Below, piece after piece: positions 1 to 9,218 of a DNA stretch of 56,371 bases (positions are counted from its first letter, which is position 1; every line of letters begins with the position of its first letter). The stretch comes from a bacterium (lineage in GTDB: Bacteria; Patescibacteriota; Minisyncoccia; UBA6257; JAGOQP01). The stretch is taken from contig JAKAIF010000001.1 of NCBI GenBank assembly GCA_021814445.1, positions 6,070 through 62,440 on the forward strand, given 5' to 3'. The notes under the pieces are model-generated. The model was given only the letters and a program-made list of their open reading frames with translations, had not been told where the DNA came from and ran no database searches. The translations under genes and the position numbers were made by a program.

Positions 1-1
1 G

Positions 2-232
2 ATTACTGTATATTCAACAACACACTGTCCGTATTGCAAATTAGCTAAGGACTACTTAGATCAAAAAGGCGCTTCATATAAAGAAGTGAACGTGCAAGAA
101 GATGATGAGGCGGCGGCAGAAATGATTCGTAAATCGGGCCAAATGGGGGTGCCAGTATTAGACATGGATGGAAAAATTATTGTGGGATTTGACCGTGGCG
201 CGATTGATGAGGCACTAGGGAAAAATATCTAA
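2..232 (+). CDS. Glutaredoxin/NrdH-like redoxin (5' end at window edge)
   Basis: Manual translation, frame 2: ITVYSTTHCPYCKLAKDYL...GQMGVPVL...IIVGFD, stop TAA 230-232. CPYC active site; trxB nearby. Confidence 0.9.
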   Translation: MTVYSTTHCPYCKLAKDYLDQKGASYKEVNVQEDDEAAAEMIRKSGQMGVPVLDMDGKIIVGFDRGAIDEALGKNI

Positions 233-316
233 TTTCCAATATCTAATATCCAATGATATAGTTATTGTGGATTCATTTTGGAAATTGGATATTAGAAATT
301 AATAATTGTATTTACT

Positions 317-784
317 ATGTTATCACTTGAAGAAATGATTGTGCGGTTTATCGTCGCACTTGCGATTGGATGCCTTATTGGTTTGGAGCGCGAATATATT
401 GGAAAGGAGGCGGGGATTCGTACTTCTATGCTTGTTTCGGGGGGAGCGGCTCTTTTTTCTTTAATTGCGCTTTCTCTGCCCTATGTGATTACACTTTCTC
501 CAGATGCGGTGCCTGATATTCTTGCACGCAACAGTGGATTTTTGAGTGTGATCGCAAATGTGGTGGTGGGCATCGGATTTCTAGGAGCGGGAATTATTAT
601 GAAACATGAAAATAGAGTGCATGGACTTACCACTGCGGCGGTGATTTGGGCAACAGCGGGAGTGGGCATTTTGATTGGTATTGGGTTGGTGTGGTTTGGG
701 GTTATTGCGGGAGCCCTCATTACCGCGCTCCTCTTCTTGTTAAAGGGATTTCGTGTTCAACCCGCCCCATCTGCGGAAAAATAA
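317..784 (+). CDS. MgtC/SapB family membrane protein
   Basis: IGLERE, AGIRT, GIGFLGAG and GLTTAA motifs. Confidence 0.9.
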   Translation: MLSLEEMIVRFIVALAIGCLIGLEREYIGKEAGIRTSMLVSGGAALFSLIALSLPYVITLSPDAVPDILARNSGFLSVIANVVVGIGFLGAGIIMKHENRVHGLTTAAVIWATAGVGILIGIGLVWFGVIAGALITALLFLLKGFRVQPAPSAEK

Positions 785-805
785 ATAATTATTTACTATT
801 GTTCT

Positions 806-1717
806 ATGTATGATTTGATTATTGTGGGAGGGGGGCCTGCGGGCGTTGCCGCAGGAGTATACGCGGCGCGCAAGCGATTAAAAACTGCGCTTATTTCTCA
901 AGATATTGGGGGGCAGTCTATTAACTCTGGATCCATAGAAAATTTTATAGGAGTGGAAACCATGTCTGGTTTTGATTTTGCGCAACGATTAGAAAAACAA
1001 TTGCGCGCGCAATCAGATATTGAAATTATTCTTGGGCACACCGTTTCTGAAATTACTCCTCAGGAAGGAGGATATAGTATTCGCACGCATACCGGAAAAG
1101 TTTTTGAAACAAAAACAGTTTTGCTTGCTTTGGGAAGTTCGTATAAACGATTGGATATTCCTGGCGAGAAACAGTTTGAGGGGAAGGGAGTGTTTTATTG
1201 TTCTATTTGTGATGCGCCTCTTATGAAAGGAAAGGATGCGCTGGTGATCGGAGGGGGAAATAGTGGGCTTGAGGCGGTGCTGGATGTTATTCCGTATGCG
1301 CAACACGTCACACTTTTGAATAGATCTGAGGTATTACGAGGAGATCAGGTATATCAAGAAAAAATTGCGTCGTATCCACATGTTTCTATTCGTATGAATA
1401 CTGTGGTGACTGAATTTAGTGGTTCTACATTTTTGGAGCGCGCACATGTGCGCAACACTGTGACGGGACAGGAAGAAGATGTGGCTGTTTCTGGCGCATT
1501 TGTGGCGATTGGATATCAACCCAATACCACGCTGGTAAAAGATCTAGTGACTTTGAATGAACGGGGACAAATTGTGGTAGATCATAAGACTATGAAAACT
1601 TCTCGTGAGGGAATTTGGTCTGCGGGGGATTGTACAGATGGACTCTATCATCAAAACAACACTGCCGCAGGAGATGCGGTGAAGGCAGTGCTTAATATTC
1701 ATGAAAGTTTGAGGTAG
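806..1717 (+). CDS. trxB: Thioredoxin reductase (TrxB/AhpF-like FAD disulfide reductase)
   Basis: GGGPAG FAD motif, CSICD redox motif, GGGNSG NAD(P)H motif, SAGD. Confidence 0.88.
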   Translation: MYDLIIVGGGPAGVAAGVYAARKRLKTALISQDIGGQSINSGSIENFIGVETMSGFDFAQRLEKQLRAQSDIEIILGHTVSEITPQEGGYSIRTHTGKVFETKTVLLALGSSYKRLDIPGEKQFEGKGVFYCSICDAPLMKGKDALVIGGGNSGLEAVLDVIPYAQHVTLLNRSEVLRGDQVYQEKIASYPHVSIRMNTVVTEFSGSTFLERAHVRNTVTGQEEDVAVSGAFVAIGYQPNTTLVKDLVTLNERGQIVVDHKTMKTSREGIWSAGDCTDGLYHQNNTAAGDAVKAVLNIHESLR

Positions 1718-1749
1718 ATCTGTTTTTTTGAATTTGATTGAGTATTTTT

Positions 1750-1771
1750 AAACCCGCCTTTAGGCGGGTTT
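1750..1771 (+). terminator. Intrinsic terminator-like hairpin after trxB
   Basis: aaacccgcct-tt-aggcgggttt inverted repeat. Confidence 0.6.
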
Positions 1772-1829
1772 AAAGTGAATTTAAAATTAGCCTCGCATAT
1801 ACATATACTGATACTGAATACGCAAAATA

Positions 1830-1875
1830 CACAAAGCCAAAGTTTTTGACGATCGTCAAAAACTTTGGCTTTGTG
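1830..1875. repeat. 46-bp perfect palindrome, family A, copy 1
   Basis: cacaaagccaaagtttttgacga|tcgtcaaaaactttggctttgtg; no loop. Confidence 0.95.
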
Positions 1876-2024
1876 AAGAACTTTTATTTAATTTCTACTC
1901 TATACTTTTCTCCACTCTTTTTCTTGTTTTCTTATGTGGAATGATGGATGTGAGGTGTGGGTGCGGATTTAGATTTTGTGGGAGATACCGTTTCTATCTA
2001 TTTTTTGGTATACTGAATATATAT

Positions 2025-2378
2025 ATGGAGATGGTGCAACAAGTCGCTTTATATCTTGGAAAAACCTTTGTCTTTCGCATTGGCTTATTCTTTCGTCACT
2101 GGTATGTGGATGGATTTCTTGCTATCTACGGCACGTGGTTGCGATTTTTGCGTATGTGTGAGCGACGGCTGGCTATCCGTATTAATGTGCGATTTCTCTT
2201 TCAACCTTTATATCAAGAACGCAATATTGTGGGGTATGTGCTTGGGTTTTTATACCGTTTTATAAAAATATGCCTTGGGGGTATTTTGTATGTGATTACA
2301 GGTGTTTTTGCCTGTGGCGTTTATGTCGTATGGGCGGTTCTTCCAGTTCTCCTTTTGTATAGAGGAATTTTTGGATAA
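2025..2378 (+). CDS. Small hydrophobic membrane protein, probably co-transcribed with the Clp ATPase
   Basis: ORF 1941-2378; likely start MEMVQQ at 2025; hydrophobic C-terminus; ends 8 nt before the Clp gene. Confidence 0.7.
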   Translation: MEMVQQVALYLGKTFVFRIGLFFRHWYVDGFLAIYGTWLRFLRMCERRLAIRINVRFLFQPLYQERNIVGYVLGFLYRFIKICLGGILYVITGVFACGVYVVWAVLPVLLLYRGIFG

Positions 2379-2386
2379 TATCTTTT

Positions 2387-4951
2387 ATGAATATTTTTCA
2401 CCCAAAACAATTTTCATTTATTGATGCGTCTCAGTTTACGTTTCATCGTCGTCTCTTTTTGCTCTCGCCTCTCGCGCGTTCTTTCGTGCGTATCATTTCA
2501 AATATTTTTGTTATTGTGTGGGGTGGCGCAACGGTCGCGTTTTTGCTTTCCGATGTACCTCGTATTCAGTGGTTTGGGATGCTTCTGCTTTGTTTTTGTT
2601 TAGATTATCTTGTGCACATACGACGCGCACACTATACGCTTGATGAATTATACACAGGACGTGTGCCGCACCATAACGTGGCGCTCTGTATGAATCGTCG
2701 TACGTTGCGACTTGCGCTTGCGGCTCTTGAACGGACAGAAACGCGTGGAGGTGATCTCTGGTGTTGGCTTGCACATCAATTAACGACAACCCACCATCCG
2801 ATCCGAGTTATTATTGAACGACTGGATATTTCTTTTGATGAATTTGCGCATGAGCTTTCCAGTGAGTATGAAAAAACAAAAACAGACCAACCCATCAATC
2901 TTCCCACCCCTTCTCTCTCTCAAGAAGCATATCGTGCACAACTTGCCGAACGTATTGGGATGGTGTGTATGCAAGCGGCACAACTCGCGCGCGCTTTGAG
3001 TAAACCCATTATAGATGAGGAGGCTTTATTTGCCGCTCTTATGAATATGTCTCACCCCCGTATTACGAAGGTGCTTGATTTGTTCAGTATCACAGGGCCA
3101 GAGATTGCCGAAGCGGTTGCGTTTGGAGATTTTATTTCTCGCTCATCGGTTCCAGCTTCTTTGGGAGGATTTGCTCAGGCTCAATCGCGCACAAAATCTC
3201 ATAGGGTCAATCGTACGCTTACCTCGCGCCCGACGCCGACATTAGATGATTTTTCTGAAGACATTACTGAGCTTGTGCGCAGTGGCTTGGGAGGATTTCT
3301 TATTGGACATGATGATGAATATCATCGCATGATTGATATGCTCTCTGGATCTGCAAACCGCAACGTTCTCTTGGTTGGGGAACAGGGCGTGGGGAAGGAA
3401 ACATTGGTACATCATCTTGCGTTTGAAATTATTTCCGATACGGTCCCCGGATCTCTTTTTGATAGGCGTGTTGTTTCTCTCTCATTGAGTCAATTGATTG
3501 CGGGAGCTTCCGCGGAAGATATCTCGGGGCGCTTGGCTCGCGTTGCAGATGAAATTTTGCGGGCAGGAAATATTATCCTCTATATTTCCGATGTGCATGT
3601 GCTTGCACAACCACAGGCGGGAGGTGTGCTCTTAGCTGATATTCTTATGCCTATTTTACGCAACAATATCTTTCCGGTTATTGGATCTACTTATCCTCGC
3701 GAAGAGAAAGAATATATAGAGCCCAACACTGCTATTGCGGGACTGTTTCAAACGATTCGTGTGAATGAATTATCGGTTTCTGATACGGTACGTTTGTTGA
3801 GTTACACGACACTTCTTTTAGAAAAGAAGCATAGAGTTACTATATATTTTTCTGCAATTCGTCAGTCTGCAATATTGGCGGCAAAATATTTGCATGCAAA
3901 ACCTCTTCCTTCAAGTGCGCAAGAATTATTAGCTGAAGTTGTCTCCGGAGTATTACAACGAGGGGAGAAAGTTATCAAAGGCGCCGATGTTATTGCAACG
4001 GTGGAGCGACGGGTGCAAATACCTATTCATGCGGTTTCTGGATTAGAAGCAGAAAAGTTATTGCATTTGGAAGATGAAATTCATAAACAATTTATAGATC
4101 AAGAAGAGGCGGTAAAAGTGGTGTCTCAAGCATTACGCGCGTATCGGAGCGGACTTGCGCGAAAAGGAGGACCCATTGCCTCGTTTTTATTTGTGGGTCC
4201 CACAGGAGTAGGAAAAACGGAACTTTCTAAATTGCTTGCAAAAATTAATTTTGGTTCTGATTCATTAATGACTCGGTTTGATATGTCTGAATATCAACAG
4301 AAAGAATCTATTACGCGATTTATTGGTTCTTCTGATGGAAGTGTTTCTGGATCACTTACTGAAGCAGTGCTCACACATCCTTATAGTCTTATTTTGCTTG
4401 ATGAATTAGAAAAAGCGCATCCTGATATTTTGAATCTGTTCTTGCAGGTATTAGACGATGGACGTTTAACGGATTCATTGGGACGCACCGTGGATTTTCA
4501 AAACACTATTATTATTGCAACTTCAAATGCACACTCAGTCTTTATTCAAGAGCGAGTCCAAGCAGGGGAAACTGCGACACAATTTGGAGATGTATTAAAA
4601 AAGAAATTAACTGAATTATTTAAACCAGAATTTTTGAATCGTTTTTCTGATATTGTGGTGTTTCGTCCTCTTGCGCCAGAACATATTGAACAAATTGCTC
4701 GGCTCAATCTTGCCTCGTTACAGAAATTATTACAGGAAACCAATGGCATTCAAATGACCATAACTGATGCGGCGGTGCATCGGGTTGCTGAGCTTGGATA
4801 TGATCCTGCATTTGGTGCGCGCCCCCTACGAAAAGTTATTGATCAATCCCTCAAAGCAATATTTGCTCAAAAAATTCTTTCAAATGAAATACGCCGGGGC
4901 GCGGCTATTCGGGTGGATATTGATGCGCAGGGTGGTTTTATATTTGAATAG
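2387..4951 (+). CDS. ClpA/B/C-family AAA+ ATPase with N-terminal transmembrane segments
   Basis: Two AAA modules (GEQGVGKET; GPTGVGKTE, DMSEY, LLDELEKAH, GARPL); hydrophobic helices at about aa 35-76. Confidence 0.9.
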   Translation: MNIFHPKQFSFIDASQFTFHRRLFLLSPLARSFVRIISNIFVIVWGGATVAFLLSDVPRIQWFGMLLLCFCLDYLVHIRRAHYTLDELYTGRVPHHNVALCMNRRTLRLALAALERTETRGGDLWCWLAHQLTTTHHPIRVIIERLDISFDEFAHELSSEYEKTKTDQPINLPTPSLSQEAYRAQLAERIGMVCMQAAQLARALSKPIIDEEALFAALMNMSHPRITKVLDLFSITGPEIAEAVAFGDFISRSSVPASLGGFAQAQSRTKSHRVNRTLTSRPTPTLDDFSEDITELVRSGLGGFLIGHDDEYHRMIDMLSGSANRNVLLVGEQGVGKETLVHHLAFEIISDTVPGSLFDRRVVSLSLSQLIAGASAEDISGRLARVADEILRAGNIILYISDVHVLAQPQAGGVLLADILMPILRNNIFPVIGSTYPREEKEYIEPNTAIAGLFQTIRVNELSVSDTVRLLSYTTLLLEKKHRVTIYFSAIRQSAILAAKYLHAKPLPSSAQELLAEVVSGVLQRGEKVIKGADVIATVERRVQIPIHAVSGLEAEKLLHLEDEIHKQFIDQEEAVKVVSQALRAYRSGLARKGGPIASFLFVGPTGVGKTELSKLLAKINFGSDSLMTRFDMSEYQQKESITRFIGSSDGSVSGSLTEAVLTHPYSLILLDELEKAHPDILNLFLQVLDDGRLTDSLGRTVDFQNTIIIATSNAHSVFIQERVQAGETATQFGDVLKKKLTELFKPEFLNRFSDIVVFRPLAPEHIEQIARLNLASLQKLLQETNGIQMTITDAAVHRVAELGYDPAFGARPLRKVIDQSLKAIFAQKILSNEIRRGAAIRVDIDAQGGFIFE

Positions 4952-5050
4952 TGATGCTTGTATGGTGAAAAGAAGAGAGATGCTCTGTATGTATGAGCAT
5001 CTTTTTTATATTTGAGCAGAACCATTTTTTATGGTACCCTCGTACTATAT

Positions 5051-5641
5051 ATGATGGTTCCGAATCACAAAGGTATCAAAGAAAAAACTCCTGTATCCCA
5101 CACCACGTCTCCTCGCGTTCAACGACGGGAGATTTCTTCTGGGGTTATTATTTATCGCCGTGTGAATAACGAGGCGCGATTTTTAGTGTTGTATCACGGA
5201 CGAAATCAGTGGGAAATTCCTCGGGGAAAAATAGAGGCAGAGGAGCGTAGTTTCATGGCGGCATTGCGAGAAACACGCGAAGAAACTGGTTTTACACGCG
5301 CTGATCTGCAATTTGTTGACTATTTTAAGGCGTATGAAAACTGGACGTTTATTAAGAATGGACAAAAAGTTTTCAAGACTATTATTTATTATCTTGCTGA
5401 AACAAAAAAGAAACATCCTCGTATTGAGCCAAGCTTTGAGGGATATGGCTGGTTTACCTATCGGGAAGCACTGCAGATATTTTTGGGTCCCAAAAACAAT
5501 GAAAATAGAAAAGTATTAAAACAAGCGCATGATTTTTTGGGAGCGAAAAATAAAGTCTCTCCGCGTATGCATCCAGCGCCAGCTCCTGCTCATGTTTCTC
5601 GTGCCACACATACTCCTCAAAAACATACCGAGGGGGTATAG
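5051..5641 (+). CDS. NUDIX hydrolase (Ap4A hydrolase-like)
   Basis: Nudix box GKIEAEERSFMAALRETREETG; start uncertain. Confidence 0.85.
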   Translation: MMVPNHKGIKEKTPVSHTTSPRVQRREISSGVIIYRRVNNEARFLVLYHGRNQWEIPRGKIEAEERSFMAALRETREETGFTRADLQFVDYFKAYENWTFIKNGQKVFKTIIYYLAETKKKHPRIEPSFEGYGWFTYREALQIFLGPKNNENRKVLKQAHDFLGAKNKVSPRMHPAPAPAHVSRATHTPQKHTEGV

Positions 5642-5666
5642 GGAAAATTTCTCATTTATTATATTA

Positions 5667-5691
5667 AAAATCCCGCGATAGGCGGGATTTT
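5667..5691. terminator. Bidirectional terminator between convergent NUDIX and rplT
   Basis: aaaatcccgc-gatag-gcgggatttt. Confidence 0.75.
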
Positions 5692-5708
5692 ATTTTGATG
5701 TAAAAAAT

Positions 5709-6062
5709 TTATTTTGCTTGCATGGCTTTGTTATACACCATCTTGAACGCTTCGGGATGTTTTTGCGCAAGTTCAGCAAGAATCTTTCTATCAATAACAA
5801 TCTTTTGAGCTTTTAATGCGGCGATGAATTTGCTGTAGGTGCTTCCTTCTGCGCGTACTGCGGCATTAATACGTACTTGCCACAGGGTGCGATAGTTTCG
5901 CTTCTTCTCTTTGCGTCCACGCAACATGCGTGATTGCGCATGTAAGAGAGCTTCCTTTGCTGCTTTCTCTTTTGATTTGCGACCCCATTTATATCCTTTT
6001 GTTTTTTTGAGAACCGCCTCGCGCTTTTTATGAGCAATGGTTCCTCGTTTTACTCTGGTCAT
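5709..6062 (-). CDS. rplT: 50S ribosomal protein L20
   Basis: MTRVKRG...LWQVRINAA...IDRKILAELA. Confidence 0.97.
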   Translation of the reverse strand: MTRVKRGTIAHKKREAVLKKTKGYKWGRKSKEKAAKEALLHAQSRMLRGRKEKKRNYRTLWQVRINAAVRAEGSTYSKFIAALKAQKIVIDRKILAELAQKHPEAFKMVYNKAMQAK

Positions 6063-6100
6063 AGTGAATTAATTAGTGGTTAGTAACTAGTAATGAGTGT

Positions 6101-6283
6101 TTAGAGCGTTCCCGGTTTTGATTTTATGCGTCTGGTGATGTTTTTATCCGCTATAAAATTACCATCTTTACGACGTTGCTGGAGAGATGTCTTTTTTGCG
6201 CGGAAATGGCACTGTGCCATTTTGCGACGAAGCCCCTTTCCTGTTTTGGTGATTTTAAATCGTGTGGTGATTGATTTTTTCAT
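6101..6283 (-). CDS. rpmI: 50S ribosomal protein L35
   Basis: RFKITKTGK...H motif; lies between infC and rplT. Confidence 0.9.
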   Translation of the reverse strand: MKKSITTRFKITKTGKGLRRKMAQCHFRAKKTSLQQRRKDGNFIADKNITRRIKSKPGTL

Positions 6284-6295
6284 TTTTCTAAATAG

Positions 6296-6805
6296 TTATT
6301 TATTCTTGATAACTTGCATCACGATGCCCCGGCCTCCTTTTTTGGGAGCAACACTTACTTTGTGTTCTGGGGTGATCATACTGACAAATAATCGTAATCG
6401 TTCAAATGCCCATGCCTCATTTGCTTTCTCACGTCCGCGGAGTGCGAGCATAATTTCAACTTTGTGGCCTTTTTCAAGGAATTCATCAACTTTTTTTGCC
6501 TTGATGCGCAAATCGTTTTCTGCGGCGCGATTGGTGATGCGGACTTGTTTCAAATCAGTTTGTTTCTGACTTGCATACTGCTTCTTATATTCCTTCTCTT
6601 GTTGATAACGGAATTTGTCATAGCTGATGAGTTTGGCGATGGGGGGATTGGTGGTCGCGGTGACCTCAATGAGATCTAATCCCTTTTCGCGCGCGAGTGC
6701 AAGCGCTTCCTCACGTGAAATCACGCCAATGTTTTGTCCTTGATCATCTATGACGCGCAGTTGGGTTGCCCGTATCTGCTCGTTGATGTTTACTCGTTTT
6801 ATAAT
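6296..6805 (-). CDS. infC: Translation initiation factor IF-3, probable ATT start
   Basis: Frame extends upstream of 6724 as IIKRVNINEQIRATQLRVID; no ATG before an in-frame stop at 6821-6823; ATT at 6805-6803. Confidence 0.92.
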   Translation of the reverse strand: MIKRVNINEQIRATQLRVIDDQGQNIGVISREEALALAREKGLDLIEVTATTNPPIAKLISYDKFRYQQEKEYKKQYASQKQTDLKQVRITNRAAENDLRIKAKKVDEFLEKGHKVEIMLALRGREKANEAWAFERLRLFVSMITPEHKVSVAPKKGGRGIVMQVIKNK

Positions 6806-6923
6806 TATATGTTTTGAACGTTACTTACCACAAAACAATAGCATTTTATGCGGATAAGTGTCAAATATAAAAAACCCACCCTGGAGAGGGCGGGATGGTT
6901 TAGAAAATTGTGGAACACGTTGT

Positions 6924-7388
6924 TCACGCGGCTATCTTTTGAGCTCCTCTTACAAATTCCAAGAGGCGAGCGAGCTCTTCTTGACTCAAGAAATGCTTAG
7001 AGTTTGATTTATTCACTAAATCACCCTCTAATCTCTTTGAAAATTCCAGTAGTTTTTTTGCGAGTGCTAATTTTATCGCGTCTTCTTCTGCAACGAAGAA
7101 GTTCTTGAACGTTTTTAACGCCCTTTCAAAAGAATCTTGTTGAAACATGATCTTTTCAAAATGCTTCAATTCAAGACTCAGCGCGATAGCGGCACTCTTA
7201 AAGAACGTGACCGCATGGCGAATATATTCTATATCCAATGCGATCATCCCCGGATCTAGCTCATACGCAATAACCTCACCGGAGAGGGATATGTTGAGAT
7301 ATTTCTCCAGTGTCTCCAGCATAGTGAGAAAACTAATGCCTTTCTTATCAAAATACTCTAGAGATGTTTCTCTTTCTACAAGTGCCAT
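6924..7388 (-). CDS. Hypothetical protein
   Basis: 154-aa ORF with upstream AAGGA and a downstream hairpin near 6871-6901; no motif recognised. Confidence 0.6.
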   Translation of the reverse strand: MALVERETSLEYFDKKGISFLTMLETLEKYLNISLSGEVIAYELDPGMIALDIEYIRHAVTFFKSAAIALSLELKHFEKIMFQQDSFERALKTFKNFFVAEEDAIKLALAKKLLEFSKRLEGDLVNKSNSKHFLSQEELARLLEFVRGAQKIAA

Positions 7389-7541
7389 AAAATGGTTTCC
7401 TTTCGTTTTTTTAAATTAGTTTAAATTTTCTAGTTATACAATAGCACATTTATATTGATATAGCAATACTTATGCTCTTGCGTTGTTTCTTCTCGTTCTA
7501 TTTTTCTTGTGGTGCGCTAAAAAATACGGTACTGTTATTGT

Positions 7542-7985
7542 ATGGAATCAATCCAAAACAGAAAGGCGCGCATGGAGTATGAAATCCTTGAAACGTATCA
7601 GGCGGGTTTAGTGTTGTCTGGGGGAGAGGTAAAAGCAATACGTGCGGGGAAGGCGTCGCTCCTTGGTTCCTATGTGAAGGTGTATGGGGGAGAGGCGTGG
7701 TTGGTGAATGCGCATATTGCGCCGTATCAGGAGAAAAATATGCATACTGAATATGATCCCTTGCGCGCGCGGAAACTGCTTCTTCAAAAAAAGGAGATAG
7801 GGGAATTGTTTGAAAAAACGAGAGAAAAAGGGTTTTCTCTGATACCCTTGCAAATACGTGAAAAAAGTGGTAGAATAAAAATTGAAGTAGCGTTGGCGCG
7901 TGGAAAGAAACAACGCGATAAACGCGAAACCATAAAAAAACGAGAAACAAAACGTGACATAGATCGTTTTACTAAGGGCAGATAA
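7542..7985 (+). CDS. smpB: SsrA-binding protein SmpB
   Basis: NRKA, AGLVLSGGEVKAIR, RKLLL, GKKQRDKRE; adjacent to tmRNA. Confidence 0.97.
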   Translation: MESIQNRKARMEYEILETYQAGLVLSGGEVKAIRAGKASLLGSYVKVYGGEAWLVNAHIAPYQEKNMHTEYDPLRARKLLLQKKEIGELFEKTREKGFSLIPLQIREKSGRIKIEVALARGKKQRDKRETIKKRETKRDIDRFTKGR

Positions 7986-8012
7986 ACGCTGTGGACATTG
8001 AGAATTATATAT

Positions 8013-8365
8013 GGGGGCGTACGCTTTGACAGGGGTGCGTTTTAGAAACTTGCATGCCAAGCTGATTGTCTTGTAAACCAATCAAACCAATAATTGCCAA
8101 ACCTATGGCTCTCGCGTTTGCCTAAGAACAAACACGGGTTACCTTTCCTTTTGTGAAAGGCATCGGCTCCTGACTTCTTATAGGGATTCCGCCGGTGTTA
8201 TATATAAGAATCGCCATGATTGATTGGTTTGTAGATCATGGCTAAATATTCAAACCAAACTATTGTTGCCTGTACTCCGTAGCTTTATGCGAAGGGGTAT
8301 CCAACTAAGCGTGTAGACGGTTTTTGAAACTATTCTTGGACGGGAGTTCAATCTCCCCGCCTCCA
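8013..8365 (+). ncRNA. ssrA: tmRNA; tag reading frame (A)AKPMALAFA* at 8096-8125
   Basis: 5' GGGGGCG pairs with 3' CGCCTCC-A with G3-U; T-arm GGGAG-TTCAAT-CTCCC; TTGAC near the 5' end; directly after smpB; CCA not encoded. Confidence 0.93.
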
Positions 8366-8680
8366 CAAATATAAACCCCCGAAAGGGGGATTTATATTTG
8401 TGGAGAGGCGAGCACAACAACTGCTTGTTGTGCGTGGGAGGATTGAAGACCGCAGCGTTGTGCGACGAGCGAGGTGGCGAGGAGCACCGCGAGGGGCGGG
8501 CTGCGAGAAATTTTTCGGAAGAAAAATTTACTTGTAGCCAATCTCCCCGCCTTTATTATGGAATGAAGCGACAATGTGAAATCTCCCCGTATTTTGTGAC
8601 GGTGTGACGAGAGGCGAGACCAATCTCCCCGCCTAGTCTTTAAAGAACACGAAGTGCGATGTGAAATCTCCCCGTATTTT
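8361..8680. repeat. Structured repeat region containing copies of the tmRNA 3' end
   Basis: Long hairpin 8361-8405; ccaatctccccgcct at 8538-8552 and 8620-8634; atgtgaaatctccccgtatttt at 8574-8595 and 8659-8680. Confidence 0.8.
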
Positions 8681-8781
8681 AATATATTGACGTTGGTTTA
8701 TTTTAGTGTTATTGTTATTTTAGTAAATCAAAGCTAAACAAATTTCTTTTCATAACCATAACTAATAAGAAAGGTGACCAC

Positions 8782-9078
8782 ATGAAAAAAGTTTATGTGT
8801 TGCTTGTTATTTCTGAAAATCCAATAATTCCGCCGACACATATGGACGGTGTCCAGCATTTTATCCATGAAGAGTTGGAGCTTGGATACAAGGATGGGCC
8901 TCATGGAGGATGGGTTATTGCTAAAAATGTTCCAGATCACGGGCGTACGGATACAGGCTTTTTTGTTTCAGCGGGTGGATCAACTGTCTCCGCAGTTGTT
9001 CTTAATTGGTTGAAAACCTTGCTGGGAGATACTTTTGGTTATATTCCGTTCCGCGATAAGAAACAACGACAAAGCTGA
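8782..9078 (+). CDS. Hypothetical protein
   Basis: 98-aa ORF with AAGGT RBS, upstream TTGACG promoter-like element and a downstream hairpin at about 9101-9121. Confidence 0.65.
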   Translation: MKKVYVLLVISENPIIPPTHMDGVQHFIHEELELGYKDGPHGGWVIAKNVPDHGRTDTGFFVSAGGSTVSAVVLNWLKTLLGDTFGYIPFRDKKQRQS

Positions 9079-9218
9079 ATTTCATCACGGAGGATTTATG
9101 GAGCTGGGTAACCCCCAGCTCTTTTATTATGTCAAACTTGCTTTTTGCCGCCACTTGTTTCAGAGTATAGGCAGTAATATTGAAATAAATTAATTAAAAA
9201 TAAATAGAGAGGTATATT

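Noticed and set aside
8392..8607. Short ORFs on both strands downstream of tmRNA
   Set aside because: They coincide with the hairpin/repeat element and have no coding signal.
8538..8680. CRISPR mini-array
   Set aside because: The repeats are short, alternate between two types, derive from the tmRNA 3' end, and there are no cas genes.
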